Program-made: the position numbers and the translations under genes
NCBI RefSeq assembly: GCF_006345805.1
Contig: NC_042997.1
Coordinates: forward strand, 172,980,001 to 173,044,000
Source: Octopus sinensis
Lineage: Eukaryota
Length of the DNA stretch: 64,000 bases
Direction: 5' to 3'
Notes under the pieces: model-generated
Told to the model about the DNA's origin: nothing
What the model saw: only the letters and a program-made list of their open reading frames with translations
Database searches by the model: none
Shown here: positions 12,369 to 24,099 of the stretch, in pieces
Position numbering within the stretch: the first letter of the stretch is position 1
Layout: the number at the start of each line of letters is the position of its first letter

Positions 12369-12969
12369 TTAACACATTCAATAACTTGAATTGGCTGTTA
12401 TGAATACTGTGTGTGTGTGCACACATACACAAATATATATTTATACACATAGAATGAATGATAAAGAAAGGTAGAGATATAAAGAGAGCAACAGGTGGGT
12501 AAAAAAAGGGAAAGATTTATGTACAAATTGCACTCAAAATTTTGAAAAGGATGTAAGCTAAGAAGTTAACATGATGGCTATACAAACTATTTGTAAACAA
12601 ACATCTGTCACTCCCCCAATAAATATGCACATTTGTTTTCAAATAAGTGTGTCTTGTTATCAGTAACTTGTCTTTGTATCTATGTCGTGTTTGTAATGTT
12701 ACATGCAAGTTGCATGTTCTGTTTAGTTTCTTTGTCAACTAGCAATGATTAAAACTTTCTTTTTAATGTTTTAATATAATAAAAGAAAAAAAGAAAATTA
12801 ATGTCTTGATATAATAAAGAACAAAATTCTTCAATTTTGGGAATACTTCGGCCATGAAATGCTCGAAAAGTGTGTAAGAGTATAATGGTTGTTCTTTCAT
12901 TGCCACTTTCGACACATGCGCATACTTGCACTAATAAATATAAAGCTTCTGAAATGGAGAAAATTCAGT

Positions 12970-13042
12970 GTTGCTTTGCTCTATAATGGTAACACATCTG
13001 TCATGTTCACAGAAGACATAGGTTCGAGTCCCATGAGTAACC
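12970..13042 (+). pseudogene. Degenerate tRNA-like sequence (Val-like layout)
   Basis: Acceptor stem gttgctt/gagtaac (7 pairs including 2 GU), anticodon-type stem tctgt/acaga with a 7-nt loop, and T-arm atagg-ttcgagt-cccat (4 of 5 pairs). The D-stem does not pair and the loop catgttc lacks U33, so it is not a functional tRNA. Confidence 0.5.
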
Positions 13043-13349
13043 TTCATTTTTATTTCCACTCAAAGGGATTTTTTAAAATCCAATATTCTTCATGTGAATA
13101 TTTGTAAATATTCAGCTGTTAAAATTCACACACACACACACACACACACACATGCTTAACCTGCTGTATTATTCAAACAATTAAAAAGGGAAGTCAAGGT
13201 GAACTTTGCACTAAATATCTTTGCTTTCAATAAAACACCTGAGTTCCTCAATCAGCAAGTGTTGCACAGTTTTAAAATAATGACCTCAATTCAAAAACAG
13301 ATCACACGCACAAATTCCCCACATACACACAACAGGCTGCTGGTTGACA

Positions 13350-13442
13350 AAGTAGCCAGAGTGCCAAACAGCTAAGTTACAGGGACATAAACACATCAAA
13401 ACCAGTTGTCAATTGATGTTGGTGTGTGGGTGGGGAGCACAG

Positions 13443-13484
<42 letters not shown>

Positions 13485-13630
13485 ACATACATACACACAT
13501 ACAAGACGGGCTTCTTTCAGTTTCCGTCCACCCAATCCACCCACAAGACTTTGGTCTGCTCAAAGCTATATTAGAAGACACTTGCCCAAGGTGCCACGCA
13601 ATGGGACTGAACCTGGAACCACACAGCCAC
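13350..13630 (-). mobile_element. SINE family B
   Basis: acaagacgggcttctttcagtttccgtcc...aagacacttgcccaaggtgcc, plus a tail-1 fragment. Confidence 0.75.
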
Positions 13631-13667
13631 TCCTGCACCTATATATATATATACATCATTGTTTAAC

Positions 13668-13845
13668 GTCTGCTTTCCATGCTAGCATGGGTTGGACAAC
13701 TTGACTGACAACTGGGGAACCAGATAGCTGTACCAGGCTTCAATCTGATCAGAGTTTCTACAGTTGGATGCTCTTCGTAATGCCAACCCTCCAAGAGTGT
13801 GGTGGGTGCTTTTACGTGCCACCGGCACAAGGGCCAGTCAGGCCG
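13668..13845 (-). mobile_element. Family C copy
   Basis: catcattgtttaacgtctgctttccatgctagcatgggttgg...tttctacagttggatgctcttcgtaatgccaac. Confidence 0.75.
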
Positions 13846-14131
13846 TGCTGGCTTCAGGGGACCACAGCTCTTCAATATCCTCCTGAAGGACCTGAGAGAC
13901 CTGCGTGGGGTGGATGTAGGTCTCTTCAAAATGAAACTGGACCTCTTACTGTCATGTGTCCCAGATGAACCAACTTCACAGCAAGAGGTGCAGATGAAGA
14001 CAGCAGCAAATTTCCTCATGCACCAAATGTTAATTTCTAAAAAGAATTAGTAAAGTAAAATTATGTAGCAACACCAAATGGTGGTGCCCTATCATGGTCA
14101 CAGCTCATGGGCTGAAACTATATCAAATCAA
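13846..14131 (+). mobile_element. 5'-truncated LINE 3' end (CR1/L2-group-like), copy 1
   Basis: Encodes [59 protein letters not shown] and ends in a tcaaatcaaatca tail. Highly similar to 47377-47730. Confidence 0.75.
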
Positions 14132-14464
14132 ATCATATGTATACATACATGCACACACATATATATATATATACATACACATACATATACATACAAACAT
14201 ATATATACATACACACACATATACATACACACACACATACATACATACTCATATATATACATACATACACACATACATACATACACACATACTCATATAT
14301 ATACATACATACACACATACTCATATATATACATACATACACACATACTCATATATATACATACATACACTCATATATTATATATATACATACAAATATA
14401 CTCATATTATATATATATACATACAAATATACTCATATTATATATATATACATACAATATACTC

Positions 14465-14506
<42 letters not shown>

Positions 14507-14536
14507 ACATATACACACATATATTTACAGAGAGAC

Positions 14537-14585
<49 letters not shown>

Positions 14586-14750
14586 TATGTATACACACAG
14601 TGAGAGAGAGATATGTTTGCAAATGCATGTACATATGTTTATAGACACATGCATACACAGAAACACACACACACATGCATACACACATGTATCTCACACA
14701 CACACACATGCATACACATATGTATCTCACACACACACCCACAACCTTAC
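14132..14750. repeat. Compound TA/CA microsatellite with higher-order units
   Basis: Recurring atactcatatatatacatacatacacac and atacatacaaatatactcatattatat units; source of ORFs 14078-14826. Confidence 0.9.
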
Positions 14751-16559
14751 AAAATTTCTTCTTTTTTTAGAAACTTGTCATCAAATCATTAATTACTTAA
14801 GAACTGAAAATAAATGCAAAATTTAATATTGATTACTTTTCAATTCAGAATGGAGAGAAAAGGTGGAAAAGATGAAGAAACAATATAAAATAATATAATA
14901 ATGGAATGTGATATAGTATTAATATAAATATAGTATAAAAATATATTGTTTAAATCAGTGAAAGAATATTCAAAAAAGATAATTGCTTTTCTTTCTAATT
15001 TTCTCTCTAATTTTAAGTTTTGCTTTATTGATCCAAATCTAAGCATGATTTAAATTACTACCAGGATAATCTTAGAAATGTGTGTTTGGTAAACTGGAGG
15101 AAAATAATCTTAATCCAGAGGTTTACTGCTATCTCTTGTGAATATTGCTGTAAAAATATCCTGCACAATCCAGGTGTTTGCTATGATAGAGGGAGGAGAG
15201 AAAGAGAGAGAGAATGAAAAAGAAAAAGAGATAGAGAGAGTGAGGGATAGAATGCTAAGAGATAGAGTGAGTGAGAGAGAGAGATGAGAATGTTATGCTA
15301 AAGTGAGTAAACCAACATAGTGGAAGAACAGCAGAGACAGCTTATAGAAAGAAGCAAGATGGTGTTGGTGGCAATAATGATAGTATGCTGCTGCTTCTGG
15401 TAAAGGTGGTTGTGGAAGTGGCCCTGTAGTGGTGGTGGTGGGGGGGGGGGATGGTAGGGAAGAGAGAGAGAGAGAGATCAGGAAAGATGTGAAGCTGACT
15501 AAGGGAATATGACAACTGTGCCAACACCACTATCAAGCTACTGTGGCTTCAGACTTGTTTTGTGTATTGAAACACACCACACTGCTGACACACACCAGGG
15601 AGAGAGAGAGAGAGATAGAGAGAAAGAGAGATACAGGCAGACAGAGAGTGATATGAGGAAAAAGGTTGGAAGGGGGACAGCCAACAAGGGAGACAGTCAC
15701 AGAGGCACATACATATCTGGTTGACATAAATAGTTCTCACACTTCAGTGATGTTTGCTTGCTCTAGCCAAAACTATCAACCACACAGACAAGCAAAGTCT
15801 ATGGTGATGATATTTTAACTGCAAAAGCAAGAAGATGCAAATATATGTGATTAGCTTAAAAACGGAATAATTAATAAAACACAAAGACAAATATTAACAA
15901 CGGTAAAAGGCAAGGAAGGAGAAACCGATTCATAAAATATAAATAAACAGGGAATAAAATATAATAGGAATTTATAATAAATAATATAAAACTCAGCAAT
16001 GAATGTCTAATAAATGGCACCCTGTAATAGCCTGTGAAGCATTTGCTTATAACTTGAAGGGAAATCAACTGAGAGAGATATAACAGCAGAGACTTTGGTA
16101 TTTAACCTTTTGTTCAACATCAGGTTGAGAACTTACAAGGTCACAACAGCCTGTCCACTGATGAAGCAATTGGACAGACCAGGGAGGAAGGGAATGAGTG
16201 AGTGAATGAGTGAGGGAGGGAGGGAGGAAGGATGGTAGTGAGTGAATGGGCAACCGATGGGGTATATTGGGTGGGTAGGTGGGGTCATGTTGAAGGGTTT
16301 CTCTTAGTTATAATTACATTATAGCAGGAATAATCTATAGAAACTGCCTGTTTTTAATAACAAATGCACAACATATTTAGAATTTGGATGGGGATAGATA
16401 ATCTAATAACTTCGATAAAGTGACTGTGTGTGTGTGTGCATACACATGTATGCAGGAGGTTATTAAGTTCATTTCGCAAAAGGCATGTTTCCAGGTTTGA
16501 TCTCACTGCAGGGGTACCCTGACCAAATGTCTTCTCGCCGTGTGTGTGTGTGTGTGTGC

Positions 16560-16830
16560 ACACGCATGGTTAAGGTGGTTAAGGTGCTTGCTGTGCAACC
16601 ATATGGTTTGGGGCTCAAGTCCCATTGCATGACCCCTCGGACCAACGTGTGCCTCATGAGTGAATTTGGTAGGAAGAAACTGTGAAAATATGTCATATAA
16701 GTGTGTGTGTGTGTGTATGTGTGTTTGTACCTCCACACTACTTGACAACTGGTGTTGGTTTGTTTACGTCCTTTAAGTACTGGGTCAATTTGTTTGATTA
16801 AACCCATCATGGCTGAAGCAAGTAAAAGGT
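16560..16830 (+). mobile_element. SINE family B, degenerate, with tail type 1
   Basis: gcatggttaaggtggttaaggtgcttgct...gagtgaatttggtagg...cttgacaactggtgttggtttgtttacgtcc. Confidence 0.65.
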
Positions 16831-16929
16831 AAAAGATATAAGTATGTATGGGTATGTCTATCGGCTGGAGATGTATGCACATCAGTGGGAAAACTGGGGA
16901 CAGGACAATGTTTTTTGAATGAAGACCCT

Positions 16930-17262
16930 TCTGGTACATTTTTATTGACCGTGAAAGGATGAAAGGCAAAATCTGCCACAGCAGAATTTGAACTCAGCAC
17001 ATAAAGACAGATGAACTGCCGCTTAACATTTTACCTGGCATAGTAATGATTCTGCCAGCTTTCCACATAATAATAATAATAATAATAATAATAAAATAAT
17101 AATAGTTTCAAATTTTGGTACAAGGCCAGCGGTTTTTCAGGGGAGTGGGTAAGGATGAAAGGCAAAGTCGATCTCGGCAGAATTTGAACTCGGAACCTGA
17201 AGACAGATGAAATGCTGCTAAGCATTTTGCTCGGAATGCTAATGACTCTGCCAGTTCACCAC
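16930..17262 (-). mobile_element. Two partial SINE family A copies separated by (AAT)n
   Basis: gaaaggatgaaaggcaaa...gcagaatttgaactc occurs at ~16953 and ~17155. Confidence 0.8.
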
Positions 17263-17399
17263 CTTAATGAAAACAATAATAATGATAATAATAAACGTAA
17301 TAGAGTGGATTCTTTCAGTCAAAGCTGAAGCTTCAGTCTATCACTACTGTAAATGTCCCATTTATGTTCTCCAATCATGGAAAACTTGAACAGAAGTAA

Positions 17400-17640
17400 T
17401 CTTGAAAGTTTGGTACTTATTTTATCAGCCTCTTTTGCCAAACTACTAAATTAGAGAATATGTAAACAGGCAAACATCAGTTACCAAGCGGTGATGAGAC
17501 ACAAACACAATCACACACACATGATGAGCTTTCTTCAGTTCCTGTCTCCCAAATCCATTCCTAAGGATTTGGTTGGTCCGAGGCCGAAGTAGAAGACGCC
17601 TGAATTCATAATCCCAGTGTTGAAGTACAGTAACTGCTTT
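17400..17640 (-). mobile_element. SINE family B, degenerate
   Basis: ggtacttattttatcagcctcttttgccaaac...gcttcttcagttcctgtctcccaaatccattc...gaggccgaagtagaagac. Confidence 0.65.
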
Positions 17641-17651
17641 ACTGAGGTATG

Positions 17652-17684
<33 letters not shown>

Positions 17685-17691
17685 TATATGT

Positions 17692-17880
17692 ATTGGGAGA
17701 ATTCACAAAAAAACAAAAGACGAAGACAGGTGGCATAGACAACAAACAAATGTGTTAGTATAATGCTCAGGAAGTGAAAAAGTCTTTAACGTTTCGAGCC
17801 TATGCTCTTCCACAGAAAGGAACACTGAAAGAAACAAGGAGAGAAAATAAAGAATGTTTAGTGGCTAGCGATCTATCATG
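17692..17880 (-). mobile_element. ~190-bp element with Penelope-like pLTR / hammerhead-like motif (copy 2)
   Basis: Homologous to 8876-9075. The minus strand contains CTTT-CTGTGGA-A-GAGC-ATAG-GCTC-GAAACGTT-AAAG (17784-17819). Confidence 0.6.
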
Positions 17881-18261
17881 ATCTATATTATTATATATAC
17901 ATATATATGTATACAAACACACACACACACACACACATCAGTTTAAAATATTTATCAGTCAAAAACACATACTACAGAATCGAGAAGATAGCTCATAAAG
18001 TATTTCCAAAGATTTCCTGAAGAAGGGGGCCTAACTCCAAAATATTGAAATTCAAAGTAAAAGCATGAACCATTGACTTGTAATACAAGTTAATTTCTAA
18101 CTCACACTGTTTTTGACTTAAAAAATAAATAAAAAAATATTTACCTATATCCAACAATGTTTCATGCAAACTATACTACTTAAATATGTGTCTACAACAG
18201 ATTATGTTGATTTTGTGTAAGCATTACCTATGTAGTCCAGAACAAAATAATATAAATTAGT

Positions 18262-18492
18262 CTGAGCTGGCAGAATCGTTAGCACGCCGGGCAAAATGCT
18301 TAGCAGTATTTCGTCTGCCACTACATTCATTCAGAGTTCAAATTCAGCCGGGGTCGACTTTGCCTTTCATCCTTTCGGGGTCGATTAAATAAGTACCAGT
18401 TGCACACTGGGGTCGATATAATTGACTTAATCCGTTTGTCTGTCCTTGTTTGTCCCCTCTGTGTTTAGCCCCTTGTGGGTAGTAAAGAAATA
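18262..18492 (+). mobile_element. SINE family A, near-intact copy
   Basis: gagctggcagaatcgttagcacgccgggcaaaatgc...gtgggtagtaaagaaatagg. Confidence 0.9.
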
Positions 18493-19153
18493 GGTTAACT
18501 AAGTTTTAGGTGATATTAGCCATTTTGGCTGTACAGAAAGTTGAATCAGAGTTGTGGCATTCATGCCTTTCTCCGTTAACAATATCATTGAGAGAAATCA
18601 AATGAAAATATCTTAACTTAAGCATCAAAAGTTTTCAGAGTTTGTCAGAGTAAGTGGAGAAGATGCAAAGACAGAAACAGAAGAGGAGAGAGAGAAACGA
18701 TAAAGAAAATACAGGCCTATAGATAGGCTTAGAGTGATAGAGAAAGGAGGGGGGAGCAGAGAGATATGAGTAAAAAGAGGAGGAGGAGAGAGATAAAGAG
18801 AACACAGTAGATTGAAAAGACAAAGCTACAATAAATATAAAAGGCTTTTGTTAAGTAATGCAATTTAATGATAATGCAAGATGACCTTGGGAAATATGTT
18901 CAGTTTAGAGATATTGATATAAATCATGATTCTTAAGAGATATATATCTTTGAAAGAGACCTAACAGAAAGCTATGGCAAACTTCATTCCTCCATTATAA
19001 AGGATTTTTGCAGGGTAAAAAAAAGAAAAAAAAAAGAAAAGAGAAACATCAAACAAAAAAAAAACAAAACAAAACACAACAAACAAATGTGCTAGTTTAA
19101 TTATATATTTGAGATAACAACAAAAATGAAAAATAGAGGAAATCTCTGGTGTA

Positions 19154-19188
<35 letters not shown>

Positions 19189-19216
19189 GCATGTGGGTGT
19201 GTATGTGTGTGTGTGT

Positions 19217-19280
<64 letters not shown>

Positions 19281-20234
19281 GATACATATAGCTTCATACA
19301 TGTGTGTGTGTGTGTGTGTGTGTATATATGCTGTGTATGTATACGTATATATGTAAGGGTATATGCGGGTTTACTATTAATTTATGTAATAATATGTAAT
19401 CTGAGGAAATAAGTATTTTGACACATACAAGATAAACAGATAGCAGGATTTTTTTTTGTGTTTTTTAATAATGAGGCACAATGCCAAGACTAAGCTTGTT
19501 AACAGAAAAAGTCTTTATGTTGTTTATTCGTTATGGTTCAATTAACAGAAAAAAGATATACCAACAAACCATACAAAATGCTTTAGATTCACATTATTAA
19601 CACACGGGAAGGTTTTATAGAAAGGGAAAATAAACACTTGATCCAATTGATGTAATGTAAACAATATTTTTGTTTGTTTTTTATTTCCATATGAAATGGA
19701 AATAAGAAAAGATTTATATTAAAACACACACACACAAACAAACATACACATAAGCCAGAATGATGAAAGAAAGAGAAAGTAAGTAATCTATTTAGAAAAG
19801 CAATTATATTGTTGAAATTGAAGGTGTAATTTATATGAGATGATATATAATAGCAATTTTAATATGCATTAATAGATCCACCGTTGCAGCATGTAGAAGA
19901 TGATGATGGCAGGGGTTCTTGTTATAGACGTGCAACATCAAATTTATATGTCATAGTGATCATGTGTACTTAGAAAAGGATGTAAGCATAAGGAGTAAGA
20001 TAAGGTAATAAGTAGTGGTAAGATGGTTTGGGTTGGTTGAGTGGAGAGGAGAAGACACGAAAGAAATAGATGATTTCTATGATATATTTAAGGTAGAACA
20101 TTACCATTCTGGGACAAAGAGAGATTAAGTTAACTAATAAATGCAAGAAAACCAAAACAAATCTAGATTCAGAACGAGATACTTTTATGTGTGTGTGTGT
20201 GTGTGCGTGCGTACATGCACCTCCCCCTCTGTGT

Positions 20235-20440
20235 TCTTGTCTTAACATCATGTGATGATTGCAAATGCACATGACCATTGTACAAGTCTTCCATGAAAAA
20301 ACATGTTTGGTCATGGGAAAATACTACCATGCTTGGAAACGTTTGAGAGTTGAGGAAAGGAGGGGCATCTGGCAGTAGGAGATTAGCTTCGACAAATTTT
20401 GCTTGACTTATGCAAGCAAGGAAAAGGGAACATCAAGATG
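20235..20440 (+). mobile_element. 3' module of SINE family B (tail type 2), degenerate
   Basis: cttgtcttaacatcatgtgatgattgcaaatg...tttggtcatgggaaaatactaccatgcttggaaac; same module as 28110-28300 and 31600-31800. Confidence 0.6.
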
Positions 20441-20638
20441 GTGATAGATGAGTGAATGAATGGGTGTGTTGGTGGCATGTCATTTCTAAAATGAAGTGAG
20501 GAATTTTAAAATTTACTCCTTAATAATTTTTTATGCTGGTTACTAAACTCAATAAGGGTTTATAGCTGGGGTTACTAGTTGAAAATGTTAAGATGAAAAT
20601 AAAAATGGCATGTTTGCTTTCTGCTCAATGCAATACCT

Positions 20639-20871
20639 ATTTCTTTGCTACCTACAAGGGACTAAACACAGAGAGGACAAACAAGGACAGACAAACGGAT
20701 TAAGTCGATTAAATCGACCCCAGTGTGTAACTGGTACTTAATTTATCGACCCCGAAAGGATGAAAGGCAAAGTCGACCCCGGCAGAATTTGAACTCAGAA
20801 CGTAACGGCAGAAGAAATACCGCTAAGCATTTTGCCCAGCGTGCTAACGTTTCTGCCAGTTCGCTGCCTTA
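20639..20871 (-). mobile_element. SINE family A, full length, with 21-bp target-site duplication
   Basis: The direct repeat tttctgctcaatgcaatacct lies at 20618-20638 and 20878-20898. Confidence 0.92.
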
Positions 20872-22080
20872 ATGCAATTTCTGCTCAATGCAATACCTGT
20901 GGACTAACAGCCAAAATGGGAGCTTTACACAGTCACTTGACCTGCTGAATAGCCATGGTTGGAATGCCTTTCATTGAGCATGGTGTACAGGATTAAGATT
21001 GGCTAGAGCAAAAAAGACAAGAACTACAACTACAGGGGAACATCTTTACATGGTTAGTAACACAACAAGCTATAATTAACAGTTAAATCAGCATCAGATG
21101 ACACCTTACTATCCATATAAGGAAAGAAACATAGGATAATGCTTAAGTTTTAGATACAATATACCTGAAGATCAGGGAAAAACCTGGGACTAAAGAACAA
21201 CCACTACTACACAAATAAATGAAAGAAATCTACAAGACACTGAGGGAATCTAAGCCACAAAGACAGCCTCTATGCAGTCAACTGACCAGCTGGAAAAAAC
21301 AGCCAAATCTCCCCCAAATTACACCCTACTACCTTAAAAGGAGGAAAACAAATTTATTTAAGTGGTCATTGATGCACATGTTCTAATAAAAGATGAGATT
21401 ATCACAACCAAGATACATCTGATTGCAGTTGTTGGAGGTTACAAAAGAAGCCAAAGTATTTGCTGGTTGACAGATTGATTGACAAAGGACTACTTTTTAT
21501 TTGCAATATTTACCTTTGCTATACCTATAGAGTAGATTACAACAAATTTATATCTAATCTCACACATAGTCCCAGATGCAATACAGGTAATCCTCACTTA
21601 AAAATTGACAAAGAAAATAGAACCTGGTAAAGTTAACACATAATCAAACAGCTGATTCTGATGATAAAAGAGTAGATTTAACTTCATTTATTTTTTAAAT
21701 AGTCTCACTCGTTGGACGGTGGCCATGCTGGAGCATTTTTAGCCACATTATTCAACCCTATACTTATACTTTTAAGTCTGGTACTTCGGTTTTGTGTGGC
21801 AAAGCACTAAGTTATGGTGTCATAAAGAAACCAACACTGGTTGCTAAGCAGTGGGATGGAGGGGAGGGGAACAAATAAATGTATGACTGGCTTCCAAACA
21901 ACTTCTGTCTAAGAAATTCCTTCACAAGGTATTGAGACTGAACTACATGGTTGCAAAGGGAACTTCTTAACCACACAGTCATACCTGTACACACACACAC
22001 AACCTTCAAAGCACTGGTTGTTAAGGTAGAAAATAGTAGGAATGAACTCAGGATCATGATTTCAAACCAAACTTCTAAGC

Positions 22081-22282
22081 TCACAGTCAAGGCTGATCTG
22101 GAACCCAACCTAGGCCCCCGTATCTACGGCGTTCGCCGCTGGAATAAGGAGTGGTTGGAGATCACGCGGTCGTTAGCCTCAAATCGCCAGGCCTGGTCAG
22201 CGTTTGTGAGAGATGCAGCGTTGAGGATGAATGAAGCCAGCTCAACCTACCCTGGGTGAATGCTGTCAAGTCAAGTCACAGC
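22081..22282 (+). mobile_element. RTE-clade LINE 3' fragment
   Basis: Encodes TVKADLEPNLGPRIYGVRRWNKEWLEITRSLASNRQAWSAFVRDAALRMNEASSTYPG*, followed by a short (gtcaa)n tail. It resembles the C-terminus of RTE ORFs. Confidence 0.7.
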
Positions 22283-23909
22283 CATACCTGTACAAATATC
22301 ACAGTCTTTAATTACCAAAAAACAGCAGTGAAAGTAAAGTGGTAAAGTCTTGGGATCACAAATCATATACTTGATGAAAGCAAGGTCACACAAGTATGTG
22401 TGTGTGTGCTTGCATCCCGGAGTTAAAAATTTGCAATGGATTCCAAAGATGTCTTGGGTTAGAGTTATACTTGCTATGAGTATCAGAGTTAACAGCTTTG
22501 TTACAGGAAAAACATGACGATTGAGAAGTTTAGTTGGAAAGACCTATGGAGGAATGAACTCACAACAACTTGGAACTTCTGACACTAGACATAGGTTCTT
22601 CTAGCATTATGGAATCGTTTAATGTGGGCAACAACGCAAGTTACGGATTGTTGTCTGTCTTGATGCAAGTAAGAATTCAAGCAAAGTTCACCACCACACC
22701 ACCAAACTACAAAATCTACTACTACTACTACTACTACAGCAGCTACTACTACTTATACTACTACTACTACTGCTATCCTCACCACATGCGATGCTGCTGT
22801 AGAACAGTTTTCTGTCTGTTCTTGCTAACATGGTCATTTATTCCATATGCATTCTTTTCAATCTCGTGCAAGTCCATCATCAATATTGAGATGAAGGTAG
22901 AAAGGAAAAGATGGAAAAAGTGACACTGATTGAGGAGTGAGTGTATGAGAGAGAGAGAGAGAGAGGGATAAAGAAAGGAGGAAGGGAGTGATGAGGGGGT
23001 GGTGATAGACTGAAGGATATTAATAATCGCTGGCTAGCTATAGCTTGCTCAGTAAAAACCTTAGAGTGAACAGATTTAATTGTGTCTCCAACTTGAGGTT
23101 GGATTATAGATATACATATATAATTTTAATTAATCAAACGAAAAACTCCCATGAAAATATAAAAATATCTCAGTAAAAGCAATGAAGGTGAAAAAAGAAT
23201 ATAAACATGAATAAACAGCAAATAACGATAAGAACAACAACAATAATAATAATTTGTGTAATTTAAAAATTGACATTTTTCCAATTTAACAATTCATTAC
23301 ATAAAGTGAAGCTAAAAAATGGCTAAAAAAAAAAAAAATAATAAAAAAAAAATAAAGCTGAAAACCCAGACAAAATAGGTTTATTTGAAAGGATGTGATA
23401 TATAATAACAACAATCAATCTCAGTGGAGTATCTCAGAAAAATCTCTCTCCTATGGTAAAAAGGAGACGAGGAAGCGTGTGAAATAAACCTGAATACAAC
23501 AATAACAACAAAGACAATACAGTATGTTTATTGTATACAGGCTTTTGTTTCAGAAAAGCAACTGAAAATTTAAACAAAAGCCATGAAGAATAAATCACAA
23601 ACTTGTGAGACACTTGTAATTAAATTTATAATTAGAACACAATCTCACTACTTTACTCCTCATGATCGACATCTCATGTATGTAATTTGCCTGGTGACCA
23701 GAGTTTGCTTTGTTAGTTCCTCTCTCCCTTATGCATTCCATTTCTATAGAAATTCATGTGCCATGGAATTCTTAAAAGAAGAGAAAAGAGGCAAGCGAGT
23801 GGGGGGGGGGGGAGCAACAGTAGAAGTGAGTAAATCTAGCAGAGGTGCTTGCTTTTTCTAACTGTTCTGTCCATATACCCTTTCTTAATTCAAACATGAA
23901 ATTCTTATT

Positions 23910-24045
23910 GGCTGTGTGGTAAGATGTTTGCTTCTTAACCCCATAGTCTTGGGCTCCATTGCCTGTGACTCCTACTATAGCCCCAGGCTAACCAAAGCCT
24001 TGTGAGTGGATTTGGTAGACGGAAACTGAAAGAAGCTTGTTGCAT
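23910..24045 (+). mobile_element. SINE family B head
   Basis: ggctgtgtggtaagatgtttgcttcttaacc...ctactatagccccaggctaaccaaagccttgtgagtggatttggtagacggaaactgaaagaagc. Confidence 0.8.
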
Positions 24046-24099
24046 GCACATGCACATGTGTGTGTATGTGTGTGTGTAAAATGCTTGGCATACACACAC

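Noticed and set aside
14078-14826. Long ORFs of 168-229 aa rich in Y/I/H/T
   Set aside because: They are translations of TA/CA microsatellites. The same applies to ORFs at 6356-6764, 18961-19412, 29449-29924 and 46935-47123.
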